Source: Chloropicon primus
Taxonomy: Eukaryota
Length of the DNA: 64,000 bases
Assembly: GCA_023205875.1 (NCBI GenBank)
Contig: CP060759.1
Span: forward strand, 124,001-188,000
Direction: 5' to 3'
The first letter of the stretch is position 1. Each line of letters opens with the position of its first letter. Of the stretch, positions 21,193 to 33,011 are shown in pieces. Below the pieces are notes generated by a model. It ran no database searches. It was not told where the DNA came from and was given only the letters and a program-made list of their open reading frames with translations. The translations under genes and the position numbers were made by a program.

Positions 21193-22007
21193 TTACTTGA
21201 GGTGGACATCAACGAGGTCCTCGTCCTCCATGTCAAGCTCCTGGGGGGTCATTCCTGGATCCAGTTGCTCCCCATCGAAGCTGAGAACAAACTTTTTCCC
21301 CCCGCCGAGAATACCTCCTATAGCCTCGAAGACCTTTGAAAACTTGTCAGTCATGGACAACCTGAGTTTACGCGCGTCCTTCTCGTGTGGCAAGCGCACG
21401 CTGATGAGAATCCTTTGCGAAATGCCAGCAGTCAGCAAGCCGTCCTCCTCCTCCTCCTCCACCTCTTGTGCGGCAGCGCTTGCCTCTCGTGCTGCATCGC
21501 TCTTGAGGGCCTTGACAAGGCCATCCACGTTCTCCTTCTCGCCCTTGAGCTTCGCCACTGTCGCGGCGTTCTGCGTTATGATCGAAAGAAAACACAGGAC
21601 CTAGGTCAATTCCTCTACGCCCGTCGTCGTCGTCGTCCAATTCAAAGCGGTCGAGCTTCTCTCCTACTCACCTGTTTGAGGATTTCTTCCAACTTTTTTG
21701 CTTCCTCTTCTTGTTTCTCTCTCTTTTTCGTGACGCCGGCTCGCCGCCTCTTCTTCGGGCTCTTCAATGGCGTGTCCATCAGCTCGAACTCGTCCGCTTC
21801 GTTGCCGAAAACGTTGCAATCACCCGGAGGACGCTTCCCCTTCTCACACGACGAGTCCAAGATGATGACAGTGCCTTCCCCTTTTCCTCGCGAATGGCTT
21901 GCGAGGGGAGTCAAGCCGCGGCCTCCGCCATCTTCTGAGGTCCCGTCGCTGTCGCTGTCGTCACTGTCGGACACAGTCGGTGGTGCGAAGTCCCACAACT
22001 CGTGCAT
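21193..22007 (-). CDS. Rad60/Esc2/NIP45-type SUMO-like-domain protein; exons 22007-21672 and 21570-21193
   Basis: GT-AG intron joins LKQ|NAATV in frame. C-terminal SUMO-like domain (LSFDGEQLDPGMTPQELDMEDEDLVDV) has no di-Gly. SIM-like VIILDSS and basic NLS PKKRRR. Confidence 0.75.
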
Positions 22008-22149
22008 GGCGACAAGACCTTGTCCCTCTCTCTCTCCCTCTCTGTCTGTCTGTTCCCCCCAAACCAAAATGGAGGGAACGATAGAAAGATTGGTCCATCG
22101 ATCGATGGTGGCGAATTGTGGATTGAATTACAAAGACCAAAAGACAGAC

Positions 22150-24012
22150 TCAAGCTGCAGGCTCAACTTCTTGTTCGTGCAGGTTGTTGTTCTGCTCCAC
22201 CGTGGCCGCGTCAGACCCTGCCTGAGCATCGGCGGGTGGAATATTATTGCCCACATTATTCGCGGCTTGCGTGCTGGCGAGTGCCTGAGATAACGGCAAG
22301 GTAGGATTACTGAGTAAGGCAAACGCGGAGCGGTACATCTCTGCCTTGCTCCGTCCCATCTGACTTACGACCTGCAAGCAATTGTTGAGCTCGGTCAAAA
22401 TTGCCTTCTCCTGCTCCTCGTACAGGCTGCCAGACTTTGTGCCACACGACGGTGTCGCAAAGTCCGCTGCAGGTTGTGCCGCCCCTCCTTGCCTCCTCAC
22501 GCTGGAACCCTGCGTCTTGCCGCTCGAGGAGCTTGGGTGGGACTTGGTCGGCGAGGCATTCGCGTTCGTCCCGTGGCTCGCGTCGGAGGTGTCCATCATG
22601 CTCATGCCCTCCTTAAGTCCCAAGCTTCTCTGCTTGTTGAGGTTGTAGCCCTTGGGCGAGTCAAGCTCGAAGAGGCCCTGGGGTTCCTCCTCGCAAAGAA
22701 GCGCTTTCTCGAGATGGCTCTCGCCAGTTCCGTTGCTGCGGCTTTCACCGTTCCTGTCTTCCTCCTCGGTCACAGTGTCCGACGTCTCGGACTGCTTTGA
22801 GTTGGGCATTCCCCGCCCATCTCCTGCGTCGGCACCGGTTCCATTCCCAGCGGCCTCCTTGTTTCCCCCCTCCCCCTTTCCTCGGGCCCGAGCCTCGTGC
22901 CCGTTCAAGTAGTTCTCCTCCGTCTCCCGGGACACCATGTGAAGCAGGTTGGACAGATGTTTCACCACTTCCTCGTTGATTATGCCTGCCAGCATGCAAG
23001 GCGCAAGAAGCATCTGGTTCACCATCGGGGAGAGGCCGGGGTGAACTACCTGGCCCACCTGGCCGCTCGCAGGAGCCTCTCCCCCGCTCCCCTTGGAGTC
23101 CATGGCCTGAAGCTGCTGGGAAAAGGTGCTGATGGCGGCCAAGTCGCTCCCGCTGCCGTTCACGGCGCCCCCCGAGTGCTTCCCGGCGCCGGTGCTCTTC
23201 TTCTCCTTCTTGGACCTCTTCCGGGGAGAGAAGGTCTCCAGGCTGGATTGTAGCCGCGAGCTCGGGCTTGCCGCCTGCGTGACCTGGAGCCTGCTCGAGC
23301 TCCCCTCAAAGTTCTTGCAGTCGGTGCACCTGCAGTTGTCCGAGCAGTAAATGTTCGCCTGGAAACACTCGCAGTACCTCTTGAGGCAGAAGCTCCTCTT
23401 GCAGTTGCAGCCTTTGTTGTGCTTGAGAGAATCCTGGATGGACATTCCCGGCGACATGGACTGAATTTTCGGACGGAAGGCGTCCGGATTCCTCTCCAAA
23501 GTGGCTTCGACCGCCTCCTGCCTCACTTGCTCGTGATCCTTGTTGTTGTAACAGTCCTGGCAGTTGCAGTCGTTGCAGTAAATCCCGCTCGCGAAGCACT
23601 CGCAATACAGCTTCAGGCACCTCGACTGCTTGCAGTTGCACTTCCTCTTCTTCGGGGTGGCCTGCAACGAGACCGAAGCGCCGTCCACGGAGGCCGACAA
23701 GTGCGAGGAGAGCCGAGGCGAGTTGGCCGCGGCCATCAGCAGCGAGCTCGTCTTCACGGTCAGACCCGTCTTCGCAACCTTCCCCCTCTGCACCGCCGGG
23801 GACTCGCCGTCCCTCTCCCTCTCCCTCTTCTTCGGCACCTTGCTTCCCTTCTCGTCGCCGGAGCCCTTGACTCCGTCCACCTCCTCCGCGGCGCCAGCCT
23901 GAGCCTTGGCCTTGCTCGCCTGCTTCGGCGGAAGCGGCGGCTTCTGGGCCTGCACGCTCGTCACCGAGGTCCTCCCCGTCCCCTCCCCTCCCAACTCCCC
24001 CCCTCGCTCCAT
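22150..24012 (-). CDS. TSO1: Tesmin/TSO1/LIN54 CXC-hinge-CXC protein (DREAM complex)
   Basis: [17 protein letters not shown]...[10 protein letters not shown]...[19 protein letters not shown]-terminal [14 protein letters not shown]. Confidence 0.92.
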   Translation of the reverse strand: MERGGELGGEGTGRTSVTSVQAQKPPLPPKQASKAKAQAGAAEEVDGVKGSGDEKGSKVPKKRERERDGESPAVQRGKVAKTGLTVKTSSLLMAAANSPRLSSHLSASVDGASVSLQATPKKRKCNCKQSRCLKLYCECFASGIYCNDCNCQDCYNNKDHEQVRQEAVEATLERNPDAFRPKIQSMSPGMSIQDSLKHNKGCNCKRSFCLKRYCECFQANIYCSDNCRCTDCKNFEGSSSRLQVTQAASPSSRLQSSLETFSPRKRSKKEKKSTGAGKHSGGAVNGSGSDLAAISTFSQQLQAMDSKGSGGEAPASGQVGQVVHPGLSPMVNQMLLAPCMLAGIINEEVVKHLSNLLHMVSRETEENYLNGHEARARGKGEGGNKEAAGNGTGADAGDGRGMPNSKQSETSDTVTEEEDRNGESRSNGTGESHLEKALLCEEEPQGLFELDSPKGYNLNKQRSLGLKEGMSMMDTSDASHGTNANASPTKSHPSSSSGKTQGSSVRRQGGAAQPAADFATPSCGTKSGSLYEEQEKAILTELNNCLQVVSQMGRSKAEMYRSAFALLSNPTLPLSQALASTQAANNVGNNIPPADAQAGSDAATVEQNNNLHEQEVEPAA

Positions 24013-25078
24013 CCCCTCCCAACTTCACCAACCAACCCAAGCCCCCGACCAACGCAACGACGACGGCGACGACGACAAGAGACTCACTCGAAGCGACCTC
24101 CTCCCCCTCCTCTTCCCTCCTCCGCTCCGCGAAAGCCTTCCGCTCAATTCGTTCCTCCCCTCCCCTCCCTCCCTCTCGCCCTCCCGTCGCCCCAACGCAA
24201 CTCCCTCACCCCTCCACGAAATTCGTCCACCAAGGTGTCATTCGAAAGAGCGTGAAACGATTCTTCTCCCTATCCACCGTACGCACTTGCCACCTCCCGT
24301 CCTCGACCTCCCTTTCCAGCGCAAAGCCTAGCGCTCTTCCTCCCCGCAGGTCGCTCCTCCTGTCGCTCCCCGAATTCAAACCCCTTGTGGTAATCCCGTC
24401 TTGACGCACTTGACCGTTTTCGGCGGCGAACACAAAAAAAGAGTTTTGTTTTGAATTTGGTTTTTTTTCTGCGTTTCCAGATCGATCGTAGGGGAACGAT
24501 CCCTTTGGAGGAAGAGGGGACTTGAGCGCGACACAAGACGAGGACGAGGACGACGGCGACGGGAGGAGTGGGGAGATCGGTGGGTAGGATTGCGTAGCAC
24601 GTGTCGAGCTCTTTCGATCGACGCCTCGCTCGAAGGTTTTGGCCTCAGGGAAGGACCGAAACGAGACGAGAACCGCGACGAGCGTTTTCGAGGCGAGAGA
24701 CAGAGGAGACGAGAGCATTGGGAGCACTGAGAGCGAGCGCTAGGGGCAAGGGGAGTGTGGGTATCGGCGAAGAGAGGCGAATATCACGCGTCGCGCTCTT
24801 TCGATCGACGCCTCGCTCGAAGGCTTTGACCTCAGGGACCCTGGAACGCGCGTTTCGATCCGAGAGGGAGGCTCCTCTCTCGGCGGGCGTTATCGGTTGA
24901 TGCGTCGTTGCATCAACGAGTGGACCTCCATAACGTCAAGCTGCAGGAAGAGAGCACCGAGCATCGCATGGCACGATCTCCCTCGTGACACTGGGGGATT
25001 GCCTGACGCACGAGGTGCTGTGTGAAAGGTCAGTTGGATCTGAAGCTCGTTGGACTCCCCTTGAGGAAGAGTGGGACC

Positions 25079-26437
25079 ATGGCGTCGTCGAACGATGAGT
25101 TTGTGGTCCTCGAAAGTAACTTCAGTATCCTATGCGCCAACGTGACTCTTGGGAAGCGAGGGCTCAAGGCAAAGGTCAAAAAGAGAAGGCCCCCCGTAGA
25201 TGACGTTGCCGAGCAAGAGGTGAACATTACCGAGGAAGAGGTGGAGACGGAGGAGGAGAGGCTTGTGCGGGAGGAGATGGAAAGGCTCCAGCTTCCGCTG
25301 GCGTTCGGATCTTCGAAGACCAACCAGTGCTATAAGATTGCCCCCGAGTGCTTGGAGAGCGAGGAGAGCGCCACGTCGTGCAGCCTAAGTGAGGAGGGCT
25401 CTCTGAGTGTTCTGCCCGCGTCATGTACCACGGAACAGGGTGGCGATGATGACGGTGGCGGCAAGGGCGGCGGAGTGGTCAAACTGTGGTTCCTGTGCTT
25501 GGATGCCGACAACGAGCGCCATTACTACTTTTGCCACGAAACGAACGAGTCTCAATGGACTCTGCCGGACAAAGGATACATCTGCCCGCTTGGGAAGGTG
25601 GAACCGGACCACGCGTTGACACCGGAGCACACTTCGAACATGGAAGCAAGTGAGCGCGAGGCTTTGAACGACAGGCTGATTCCCGTCGCGAAAGGCCCCT
25701 TGAGGTACTGGGGCAAGCGCTACGACCTGTTTTCGATGTTTGATCATGGAATCGAGATGGACACGTCGGCATGGTACTCCGTGACGCCCGAGAAGCTGGC
25801 AAAGCACCAAGCAAGCGAGATAGTCAAAATGGTGCTGAAGAACTCTCAGGGGCGGTCCGATCTCAGAACCGACTTGACGGTTCTGGACGGGTTCTGTGGA
25901 GTTGGCGGCAACTCCATCCAATTCGCTCTGAACTGGCGATTCGCGCAAGTGTATTCCTGTGAGATCACGGAAACGACTCTTCACAAGGGGAGGGCGAACG
26001 CAAAGTTGTATGGGGTGAGCTCCAAAATCAACTTTATGGCCTGCGATTACTTCAAGCATCTGCAGAGCATCAAGGCCTCGGGGAGGAGCTGCATCGATGC
26101 CATTTTCTTGTCACCGCCTTGGGGCGGCCTTAGTCCCCCCCAAAATAAAGGGGATGTTGTCAAACATTTCCCTGGTCTGCCTGTTGGAACAGGCGCGTTG
26201 GTTCGCGAGGCACTAGAGGTCGCGCCCGTCGTTGCCATTTACATCCCCAAGGAGTCTAAGGCTGCAGCAATACGCGACGTCATGCGGGAGGCAAACAAGA
26301 TGGATTCATACCACGTGGATTCGTACCACGTGGAGACAAACTACTTGAAGACAAACAAGATGAAGGGCGGAAACAGGGTGCCGTTTGCGAAGACTGTGTA
26401 CATCACGCGCAAAACAAATGAGCCGTTCTCTGTATAA
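25079..26437 (+). CDS. TGS1: Trimethylguanosine synthase with WW domain
   Basis: YWGKRYDLFSMFDHGI, WYSVTPEKLA, DGFCGVGGNSIQFA, FLSPPWGG. WW domain HYYFCHETNESQWTLP. Start codon uncertain. Confidence 0.92.
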   Translation: MASSNDEFVVLESNFSILCANVTLGKRGLKAKVKKRRPPVDDVAEQEVNITEEEVETEEERLVREEMERLQLPLAFGSSKTNQCYKIAPECLESEESATSCSLSEEGSLSVLPASCTTEQGGDDDGGGKGGGVVKLWFLCLDADNERHYYFCHETNESQWTLPDKGYICPLGKVEPDHALTPEHTSNMEASEREALNDRLIPVAKGPLRYWGKRYDLFSMFDHGIEMDTSAWYSVTPEKLAKHQASEIVKMVLKNSQGRSDLRTDLTVLDGFCGVGGNSIQFALNWRFAQVYSCEITETTLHKGRANAKLYGVSSKINFMACDYFKHLQSIKASGRSCIDAIFLSPPWGGLSPPQNKGDVVKHFPGLPVGTGALVREALEVAPVVAIYIPKESKAAAIRDVMREANKMDSYHVDSYHVETNYLKTNKMKGGNRVPFAKTVYITRKTNEPFSV

Positions 26438-26518
26438 TAATCAACAATGGTATATAACAATGACACTTTTTTACAAAGCCCTAAGCTTGGTCAGGCAGTC
26501 CTTCAGCTGCGAGCACTT

Positions 26519-28618
26519 CTACGTCAAGTACGGCAGCTCCGTCTTGGTGGCAACGAGGATGGAAGCGGCCACCAGGTAGACACCATAAACGGCGATGGGC
26601 ACGTAGCCGTATCGCCTTGGGATGTGGAAGTTGTTCAGCACGCCCGCAGCGAGCATGCCGAGGGCATTGAGCACGATGCAGCAGAAGGCCAAGGCCGTTG
26701 CGGTGGGAATTCCAACCTCCTTTTCGTAGACGCCGTTGAGGTTGAAGTAAAAGATGAATCCAAAACCGAGCCCGACGAGAATATTGAACACCGGTCCCGC
26801 GAAAGAGGCCGTCATGGAAACGTTCCCGAGACCCCTCTTGGCCATGGCCAAGTTGCTGGAGTAGTCCCCGATCGAGTTGCCCCAAGCAATCACTGTAAGG
26901 CCCAAGATACTCTGGTCAATCGCGGTGATGCTCCCGACGAAGGTGATCACGCTCACCAGCTCCGTGGCAATGAGATCGATCCAAAGCGCGGCAAGGACGA
27001 AGCTGACCAAACAGATTACGGCGAGGCCAAAGGGGAACTTCGTCCCAAACTTCAGCATGGGCGGGTTCTTTGCCGGGGCGTACAGGAGAGTCGACATCCC
27101 AAGAAACGTGGAGGCCATTGCCGTGAGCACAACAGCGATCCAATTGGCTCGAGAAAGCTTGCCGCCGGCGCAAGTGTTGTACAAGACCCAAAAGGGCAGC
27201 CCCGTGCAGCTGGCAACGAAGAAGGGCTTGAAGTACATCTCCCCGTCCACCGCAGGAATGGTCAGAGTCCTTGCGATGGTGAAGGGTATCTCCAGAATGA
27301 TGAGCACCTTGCTGACAAAGTTTTCCTCTTTGAAGAAGGCCCAACCCTCGTGCCTCATCTTGTACAAAATCGCGTGAATGCTCTCGTGGCTCTTGTGATA
27401 GAACTGGAAAAAGAACTCCTTCGGACTGATCACGGCCTTGTCGCTGAGGGGCTCCAGGAGAACCTCCCGGCCGTCGACCAAGGGCAGGTACGTGTCGCGA
27501 GCCAAGTCCTCCTCGTCGCCGCCCACAGACCCGTCACCCTCCTCCCCTTCGCGCTCTATTGCCTTGTACATCTGCTGCTTGTACAACCTGTTTTGGTGCT
27601 TCCACTCGCCGTCCTCCTCATCGGAGTCCGTCTCCGTGTCACTCTCGGTGCTCATGGCCCCCTGCTCCACCAGCTCGGTCTCCGAAGGTCGCCTCGGCCG
27701 TTCCGCAGGCTCCATTCTTCCCCCCTCGCCCAGCCCATCCCGCTCCTCTATCAGCACGGCCCCCATGTCGTCCACCAAACTCTTTTCCAGGGCCACTGAC
27801 CCCCTCCCCATCGTGGAGAGCCTTCGGACCATCATTCTCGAGCCCTCCGTGACTGCCGGGATGATGACCTTCCTCCTGTGCCACAGGTCCGCGATCAAAA
27901 CTATTGCCGCAAAGGCAAAGTACAGTATGACGAAAAAAATCGCCTGGCTCTTGTCAATCTTGCCCCTGACGAATATGTAGAGCACCATGCAGATAGTCGA
28001 CATGAGCATGATGACGTCCCTGCAAAGCGCTCCCCTAGCCTTTGCCCCGTTCCCGACTAGAACCACGGACCCGCTGACGAAGCACGTGACGAATATCGCG
28101 GCACCGCTGAGGGCGCCCAGCGAAAGGCTGTAGTTCCCTCCGCGTATCGCGGCAAACGTCGAGGAGACGTCTGGCGCCCCGGAAGCGAGTGCCAGAAACG
28201 TCACTCCAGCGAATCGCGGAGGGAGCCCCATCTCCCTGCACAGCTCTGTCAACGTCGGCGCGAAATAGTCGTCCGCCGTCGTTCCCAGTACTCGAAACAG
28301 AACGACCAGCCCGACCCCCAGGCCAACGAAGAACGCCACCTGCCTCACGACGCCCGACGTCTCCTCGCCCGTCCCAATGATGCTGCAGTAGTATATCTTG
28401 TAATACTCCAGAATCCCGTCGCTCGGGCAGGAGTCCTTGACATACTCGCACCTCTCTGCGTTGCTGGCCAGCTCCCTCCTCAGGTAACTCGCCGTGCAGT
28501 CCGGCCCCTCGCCTTCGCTCGAGGAGTCATTCCCCACCACACCCGCCTCCGCTCTATCCAGGCCACCACTCAGGATGACCAGGCACGCCAACGCGACACC
28601 GAGCGCCGCTCTCCTCAT
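26519..28618 (-). CDS. Cation/Ca2+ exchanger (CCX/NCLX family)
   Basis: Alpha-1 repeat AGVTFLALASGAPDV and alpha-2 repeat LGLTVIAWGNSIGD. Signal peptide, many TMs, acidic central loop. Confidence 0.92.
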   Translation of the reverse strand: MRRAALGVALACLVILSGGLDRAEAGVVGNDSSSEGEGPDCTASYLRRELASNAERCEYVKDSCPSDGILEYYKIYYCSIIGTGEETSGVVRQVAFFVGLGVGLVVLFRVLGTTADDYFAPTLTELCREMGLPPRFAGVTFLALASGAPDVSSTFAAIRGGNYSLSLGALSGAAIFVTCFVSGSVVLVGNGAKARGALCRDVIMLMSTICMVLYIFVRGKIDKSQAIFFVILYFAFAAIVLIADLWHRRKVIIPAVTEGSRMMVRRLSTMGRGSVALEKSLVDDMGAVLIEERDGLGEGGRMEPAERPRRPSETELVEQGAMSTESDTETDSDEEDGEWKHQNRLYKQQMYKAIEREGEEGDGSVGGDEEDLARDTYLPLVDGREVLLEPLSDKAVISPKEFFFQFYHKSHESIHAILYKMRHEGWAFFKEENFVSKVLIILEIPFTIARTLTIPAVDGEMYFKPFFVASCTGLPFWVLYNTCAGGKLSRANWIAVVLTAMASTFLGMSTLLYAPAKNPPMLKFGTKFPFGLAVICLVSFVLAALWIDLIATELVSVITFVGSITAIDQSILGLTVIAWGNSIGDYSSNLAMAKRGLGNVSMTASFAGPVFNILVGLGFGFIFYFNLNGVYEKEVGIPTATALAFCCIVLNALGMLAAGVLNNFHIPRRYGYVPIAVYGVYLVAASILVATKTELPYLT

Positions 28619-28634
28619 CCCTCTCCCTCAACCC

Positions 28635-28669
28635 AACCGAAACCGAAACCGAAACCGAAACCGAAACCG
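28635..28669. repeat. (AACCGA)n microsatellite in the CCX 5' region
   Basis: About 5.8 tandem copies of aaccga. Confidence 0.9.
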
Positions 28670-28947
28670 CCGGTGTTTTCAAGAGGATCGACAACGACAA
28701 AATGGAAAACGCCTTCTCCCCCTCCTAACTCTCCGTCGCGACCATTCCTCCTCAGACCATCCGTCCGTCGTTGGCGCCCGTTACACGAGCGCGTCCCCCT
28801 TCCTCGCCCCTAACCCCCGTAACCCACGCCGACGCTCGCCGGCTCTTCGCTCTTTCCAGTCTGTAACTGTCCAGCCGCTCTCTCCGTCTCCGCCGTCTGC
28901 CGCTCCTCGTCATCATCGGCATCGGAAGGGACTGCAGACAAGATGGG

Positions 28948-29267
28948 GGGAGGGACCTTGGGCTTGAGGGTTTGATTGGGTCCAGGAGAGGAAGGAGGAA
29001 GAGGAGACACACGTACCAGGCGAATCCTTGTCTTCTCCTCTTTCGATTGGTGGTTCGCATTGGACGGGAGGACCACCAAAACGAGGAGATTTGCTTGAAA
29101 CCCTGGGAGGGACTAGATGATGGCATCTTGGGAGGGACCTTGGGCTTGAGGGTTTGATTGGGTCCAGGAGAGGAAGGAGGAAGAGGAGACACACGTACCA
29201 GGCGAATCCTTGTCTTCTCCTCTTTCGATTGGTGGTTCGCATTGGACGGGAGGACCACCAAAACGAG
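28948..29267. repeat. 138-bp direct repeat, 2 copies (28948-29085 and 29130-29267), period 182 bp
   Basis: The copies gggagggaccttggg...gaccaccaaaacgag look identical by eye. Confidence 0.95.
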
Positions 29268-29316
29268 AAGGTTGACAAAAGATTGCCACAACAAGGGAGG
29301 GAGTGGTCTTTCCCCG

Positions 29317-29681
29317 ATGGAGACAAGGGAGCGGGAGTATGCCGAGGTGGAGAAGAGGATACACTCGCTGCTGGAGAGGGAGACGGATTTCGTGGCAGCC
29401 ATGGCGACAGTAGCGTGCGAGCTCCACCACACGTTTGGCCACTTTCACTGGACGGGCTTTTACCGTTCCTTCACCGAGGAGGGTCAGGGTCATGGGTCGC
29501 TCGTCATTGGGCCTTATCAGGGCTCGCACGGATGTTTGCGCATCCCGTTCGGGAAGGGCGTTTGTGGTGCGGCGGCGGGCGAAAGGAGGACGCAGCTCGT
29601 GCGGGATGTCCACGCTTTTCCAGGCCACATAGCGTGCTCGTCCGAGACCTTGTCGGAAATAGGTAAGACTCCGTGAAAGCT

Positions 29682-29714
<33 letters not shown>

Positions 29715-29906
29715 TCTTCTGACACGGAGGCCAACCTCTTCGCCTCAGTCGTTCCTGTCCTGCACGAGGGCGAGCTCGTGGCCGTGCTTGACGTGGACAG
29801 CAACTTTCCAGACGCGTTCACCGAGGGAGAGGACCAAAAGTGGCTCGAGAGGATCTGCACCAAGCTGGGGACGAGGGACTGGAGCACCGGAACGAGAGTG
29901 CTGTAG
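29317..29906 (+). CDS. msrC: Free methionine-R-sulfoxide reductase (fRMsr/MsrC, GAF domain); exons 29317-29662 and 29749-29906
   Basis: HWTGFY, LVIGPYQG, CLRIPFGKGVCG, VRDVHAFPGHIAC, SEI|VVP, VLDVDS. GTAAGA...TCAG intron splices in frame. Confidence 0.92.
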
Positions 29907-29963
29907 CGACGAAGAAGGAGGAACGTGAAGGCGATCCGCGCGGACAGTACTCTTTGCTGTATT

Positions 29964-30722
29964 TTACTTTACTTTTCCCCCTTTGGACTTGGCCAGGAGC
30001 TCGTTGTAGTCCTTGTCAAGCGTCTTTGTGTACTCCTGCAGCGTCTTGTACTGCGACTGCGCCTCGTGCGTTTGCTTCTTTAGCGACTCCACTTGATTCT
30101 TCAGGTGGGTCACGTGGGCGGCCTCGGCCTGCTTCCTCAAGTCCTCGTTCTCCCTCTCCAACTTGTGGAGCTTGTCGACCTGCTTCTTGAACTCCAAGGT
30201 GTCCGGCTTGTACGTGACGGCGACCAACTCGTCCTGCATTTCCTTCATCAGTTCCCTTCCCTGTTCCACCTCAGACTCCATGTGCCTGAACTGGCGCACC
30301 AAGCCAGGGTCGACGAGAAGCTTCCCCATCTTCCTCGCCTCCGTGGTCCTCGAAGCTGCGGTGTGCGCCGCCTCCTTGCGCACTTCGTTCAAACTGCGCT
30401 GGCTCTCCAGGAGAGCCGAAGTCAGCGCAACGTTCTCGGCCTTGATCCCACCGAGCTTCCCCCTGATCCTGGACAGAACCACCTCCGGGTCCTCCTCGTC
30501 CTCGTCCTCGCCCGAGATGCCGAGCTCCTCCACGAACACTTCCTTCCACGCCGCTACGGTTTCCCTCAGCGAAGTTATCTCGGAAAGCATCTCCGACAAC
30601 TCGCTGGTTCCCGCCTTGGCCTTCTTCTCGACCGGCGCCTCCTCCTCCTCCCGCTCCTCGGCGCGCTCCTCCTCCACTTCCTCGGTGGCCTCCCCCTCGC
30701 TCCTCTTCCTCGTTCCTGCCAT
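29964..30722 (-). CDS. FIP37: FIP37/WTAP/Mum2-like m6A-writer subunit (divergent)
   Basis: LLVDPGLVRQF...KEMQDELVAVTYKPDT...KLERENEDL resembles the WTAP core LDPAIN...ELQ...FTP.S..GK.L...L.EENEE. Confidence 0.7.
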   Translation of the reverse strand: MAGTRKRSEGEATEEVEEERAEEREEEEAPVEKKAKAGTSELSEMLSEITSLRETVAAWKEVFVEELGISGEDEDEEDPEVVLSRIRGKLGGIKAENVALTSALLESQRSLNEVRKEAAHTAASRTTEARKMGKLLVDPGLVRQFRHMESEVEQGRELMKEMQDELVAVTYKPDTLEFKKQVDKLHKLERENEDLRKQAEAAHVTHLKNQVESLKKQTHEAQSQYKTLQEYTKTLDKDYNELLAKSKGGKVK

Positions 30723-31300
30723 CCTCCTCAACTACTGGAGGATCCCAAGATCAAAACCTAACCCAAAGCAAAGGACCAAACCACGTTTCAGTCTCGCAAA
30801 TCCTCACCAGGATGCCACTCGTTTCGAGCGAGAGTTCTTTCGAAAGAGCGAGGGACAAAATTTCCTCCTATTCTCCTCACACCCTCCCCTCCTCCTCCCC
30901 CTCGCCCTCCACAACCACCCAACGCACTCACCTCTCCCCGATCGCCCCTTGTCCCTTGTCGCTCCCCTCTTTTGAGGTCTACATACGAGTGTATATCGTT
31001 TACATCGTTAATTCTCTTTTTTTGGATAAGGAGATCTGGAGAGCGAATGAGAGGAGAGGAGAGAGAGCGCGCAGAAGAGGAGCGAAGAGGTGAGTGTTAC
31101 GGACGAAAGGTGGGACGAGAAGGACGGAGGTTAGCATGGGAGGTGGATAAATCGTGGAGTGCGTCTCGTGAGCTTTCCGTTCATCCCAACATCGAGGTGT
31201 GGGACGCACGTGGAGGGGATTTGTTTTGACGAGACGTGGTTTGTTTGTTTGTTTGTTTGTTTGTTTGTGCATGCTTGCTCTCTCAAGTCCTGCGACGACG

Positions 31301-31654
31301 ATGATGATGAAGACGGTGGTGAACAAGAGCGTGGTGGGTTCCAGAGGTGGGGTGAGGGCCGCGGCGTTGAGGCCAGCGACTGTCTCGAGGAGGCAGGGGA
31401 CCGTGATGAAGGCGAACAGGGCTGCTGCTGCCATCGCGACGACCTGCTCCACCCTCCTCGCCGCGACTCAGGCCCAGGCCGTTGAGTTGAACCAGGCGTA
31501 CGGCGACTTGGCCGCCGACAACAGGGCCGGAGTCTTGCTGTTCGTGGTCGCTCCCGCCATCGGCTGGGGCCTCTTCTTGAGCGTCCAGGGGATCTCCAAC
31601 CAGGCGCAGAGAACGCAGAGAAAGTCTGACGAGATCGCTCGCAAGCAGAGATAA
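31301..31654 (+). CDS. PSBY: Photosystem II PsbY, nuclear-encoded, single unit
   Basis: Transit peptide plus thylakoid signal (AQA|). Mature region DNRAGVLLFVVAPAIGWGLF...SNQ. Confidence 0.8.
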   Translation: MMMKTVVNKSVVGSRGGVRAAALRPATVSRRQGTVMKANRAAAAIATTCSTLLAATQAQAVELNQAYGDLAADNRAGVLLFVVAPAIGWGLFLSVQGISNQAQRTQRKSDEIARKQR

Positions 31655-31791
31655 GCAAGCAGAGATAAGCGCTTGGCGCAGCGCGATCGTTGCCTCGGGC
31701 GCATGAGAAAGTGGAAGTCAGTTAGAGTCTTAAATTTCTAAACCTATACGTAGAGAGGAAATATACGCAACAACGACAGCCACGCCAGCTC

Positions 31792-33011
31792 CTACTGCTG
31801 TCGCCGCGTCTCGATGCCTTCCATGATGAGCCTCAGCTTGTCGAGCTCCCCGGTCAGCGGCTTGAGCGTCTCCACAATGAGGGAAGACCTTTGGGCGCAG
31901 TGCTCCTGCCTCTGCGTCACCTGCTTGAGCTTCAACTCTTGGACCTGAAGCTGCTCCTGAATCATTTGTTTCATCTTCTGGATCTTCTCCTCCTCTCTCA
32001 GTATGTTCTGCTTCTCGCGAAGCAGGTGCTCGAGGACTTTGTTCCCGGCCTCGAGGTCCTCGTCGAACTTCATCTGCTCGTCTTTCGTGTCCAGCAGCTC
32101 GTTCTCCAGAATCCTGACCCTCATCTCGACGCTCCTGTACTTCGACACGTACGTGTCGTACGTGTCCTCGAGAGCGTCTTGGTCTGTGGCATCCCCCCCC
32201 TCGGAATCGGTCGACATGTCCAGCCCAGCCGAGCCGCCCTCCCCCAGAACGTCCTCGAACAACCTCCCTTCCTCCTCCCCCTCCTCGTCGCCTCCGGCGC
32301 GAGCATCAGAGCCCGTCTTCGCTTTGAGCCTGCGTTTCTGTTGCACGTAGTTTTGAGTGAGCTGCTGCAGCGACATGTTCGCCGCCGTGGACTCGATCTT
32401 CTGCCTGCAGTAAGGGCACTTCCTCCGGTTGTACTTCTCGTGAGTTCTCAGGCACGTCTTGCAGAAGGTGTGCCCGCAAGGAAACAGAAGCATTGGGCTG
32501 TTGTCCGGAGGAATCTTTTCGAGGAGAGGAAACGAAAACACAGGTAATCACGCGTGTCGTCAGCGTCAGCCGCAGGAAAGGCCTTTTCGGATCTTGAGTT
32601 GCCATCACTCACCATCAACTCGTAGCAGATGGGGCATTTGTGGCTCGCGATCTCCTTCGCGAGGTACCCTTCGAGCTTGTTCACGCTCGCCTTCTCCTTC
32701 CTCACTTGGGCTTGCACTTTGCCCAACTCCGCTCTGTCCTCCAACTGAAGCTCGGCTTTGATCTTCTCGGCCAGCCTTATCGTGAGCGCATCCACGAGCT
32801 CCTCAGGTGCCACGCGCTGCACTGTTCTCTCCACGTCCGAAGCATCCGCGCCAGCAACCCTGCTGCTGGTGGCGCTACTCGTCGTGGCCCCCCTAGACGC
32901 CAGGAGGTCCGCCTCCACTTTCTCCCTCTCTATCGCAGACTCCCTTTGCAGGAACCAGTTCTGCTGCCTGCTCTTGATCTCCTGCAACCGAGCATTGTAC
33001 GCTTCGGACAT
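31792..33011 (-). CDS. RING-HC finger plus coiled-coil protein (putative E3 ligase); exons 33011-32613 and 32514-31792
   Basis: Splicing reconstitutes CPICYELM|IPPDNSPMLLFPCGHTFCKTC...CPYC. Confidence 0.85.

Noticed and set aside
24411..24460. E2F-like and CHR (TTTGAA) sites upstream of TSO1/LIN54
   Set aside because: The E2F match is imperfect and a hexamer in a T-rich tract is expected by chance.
28948..29267. Repeats as a CRISPR array, LTRs or MITE
   Set aside because: Only two long copies, no spacer series, no TG...CA ends, TIRs, TSDs or transposase; eukaryotic context.
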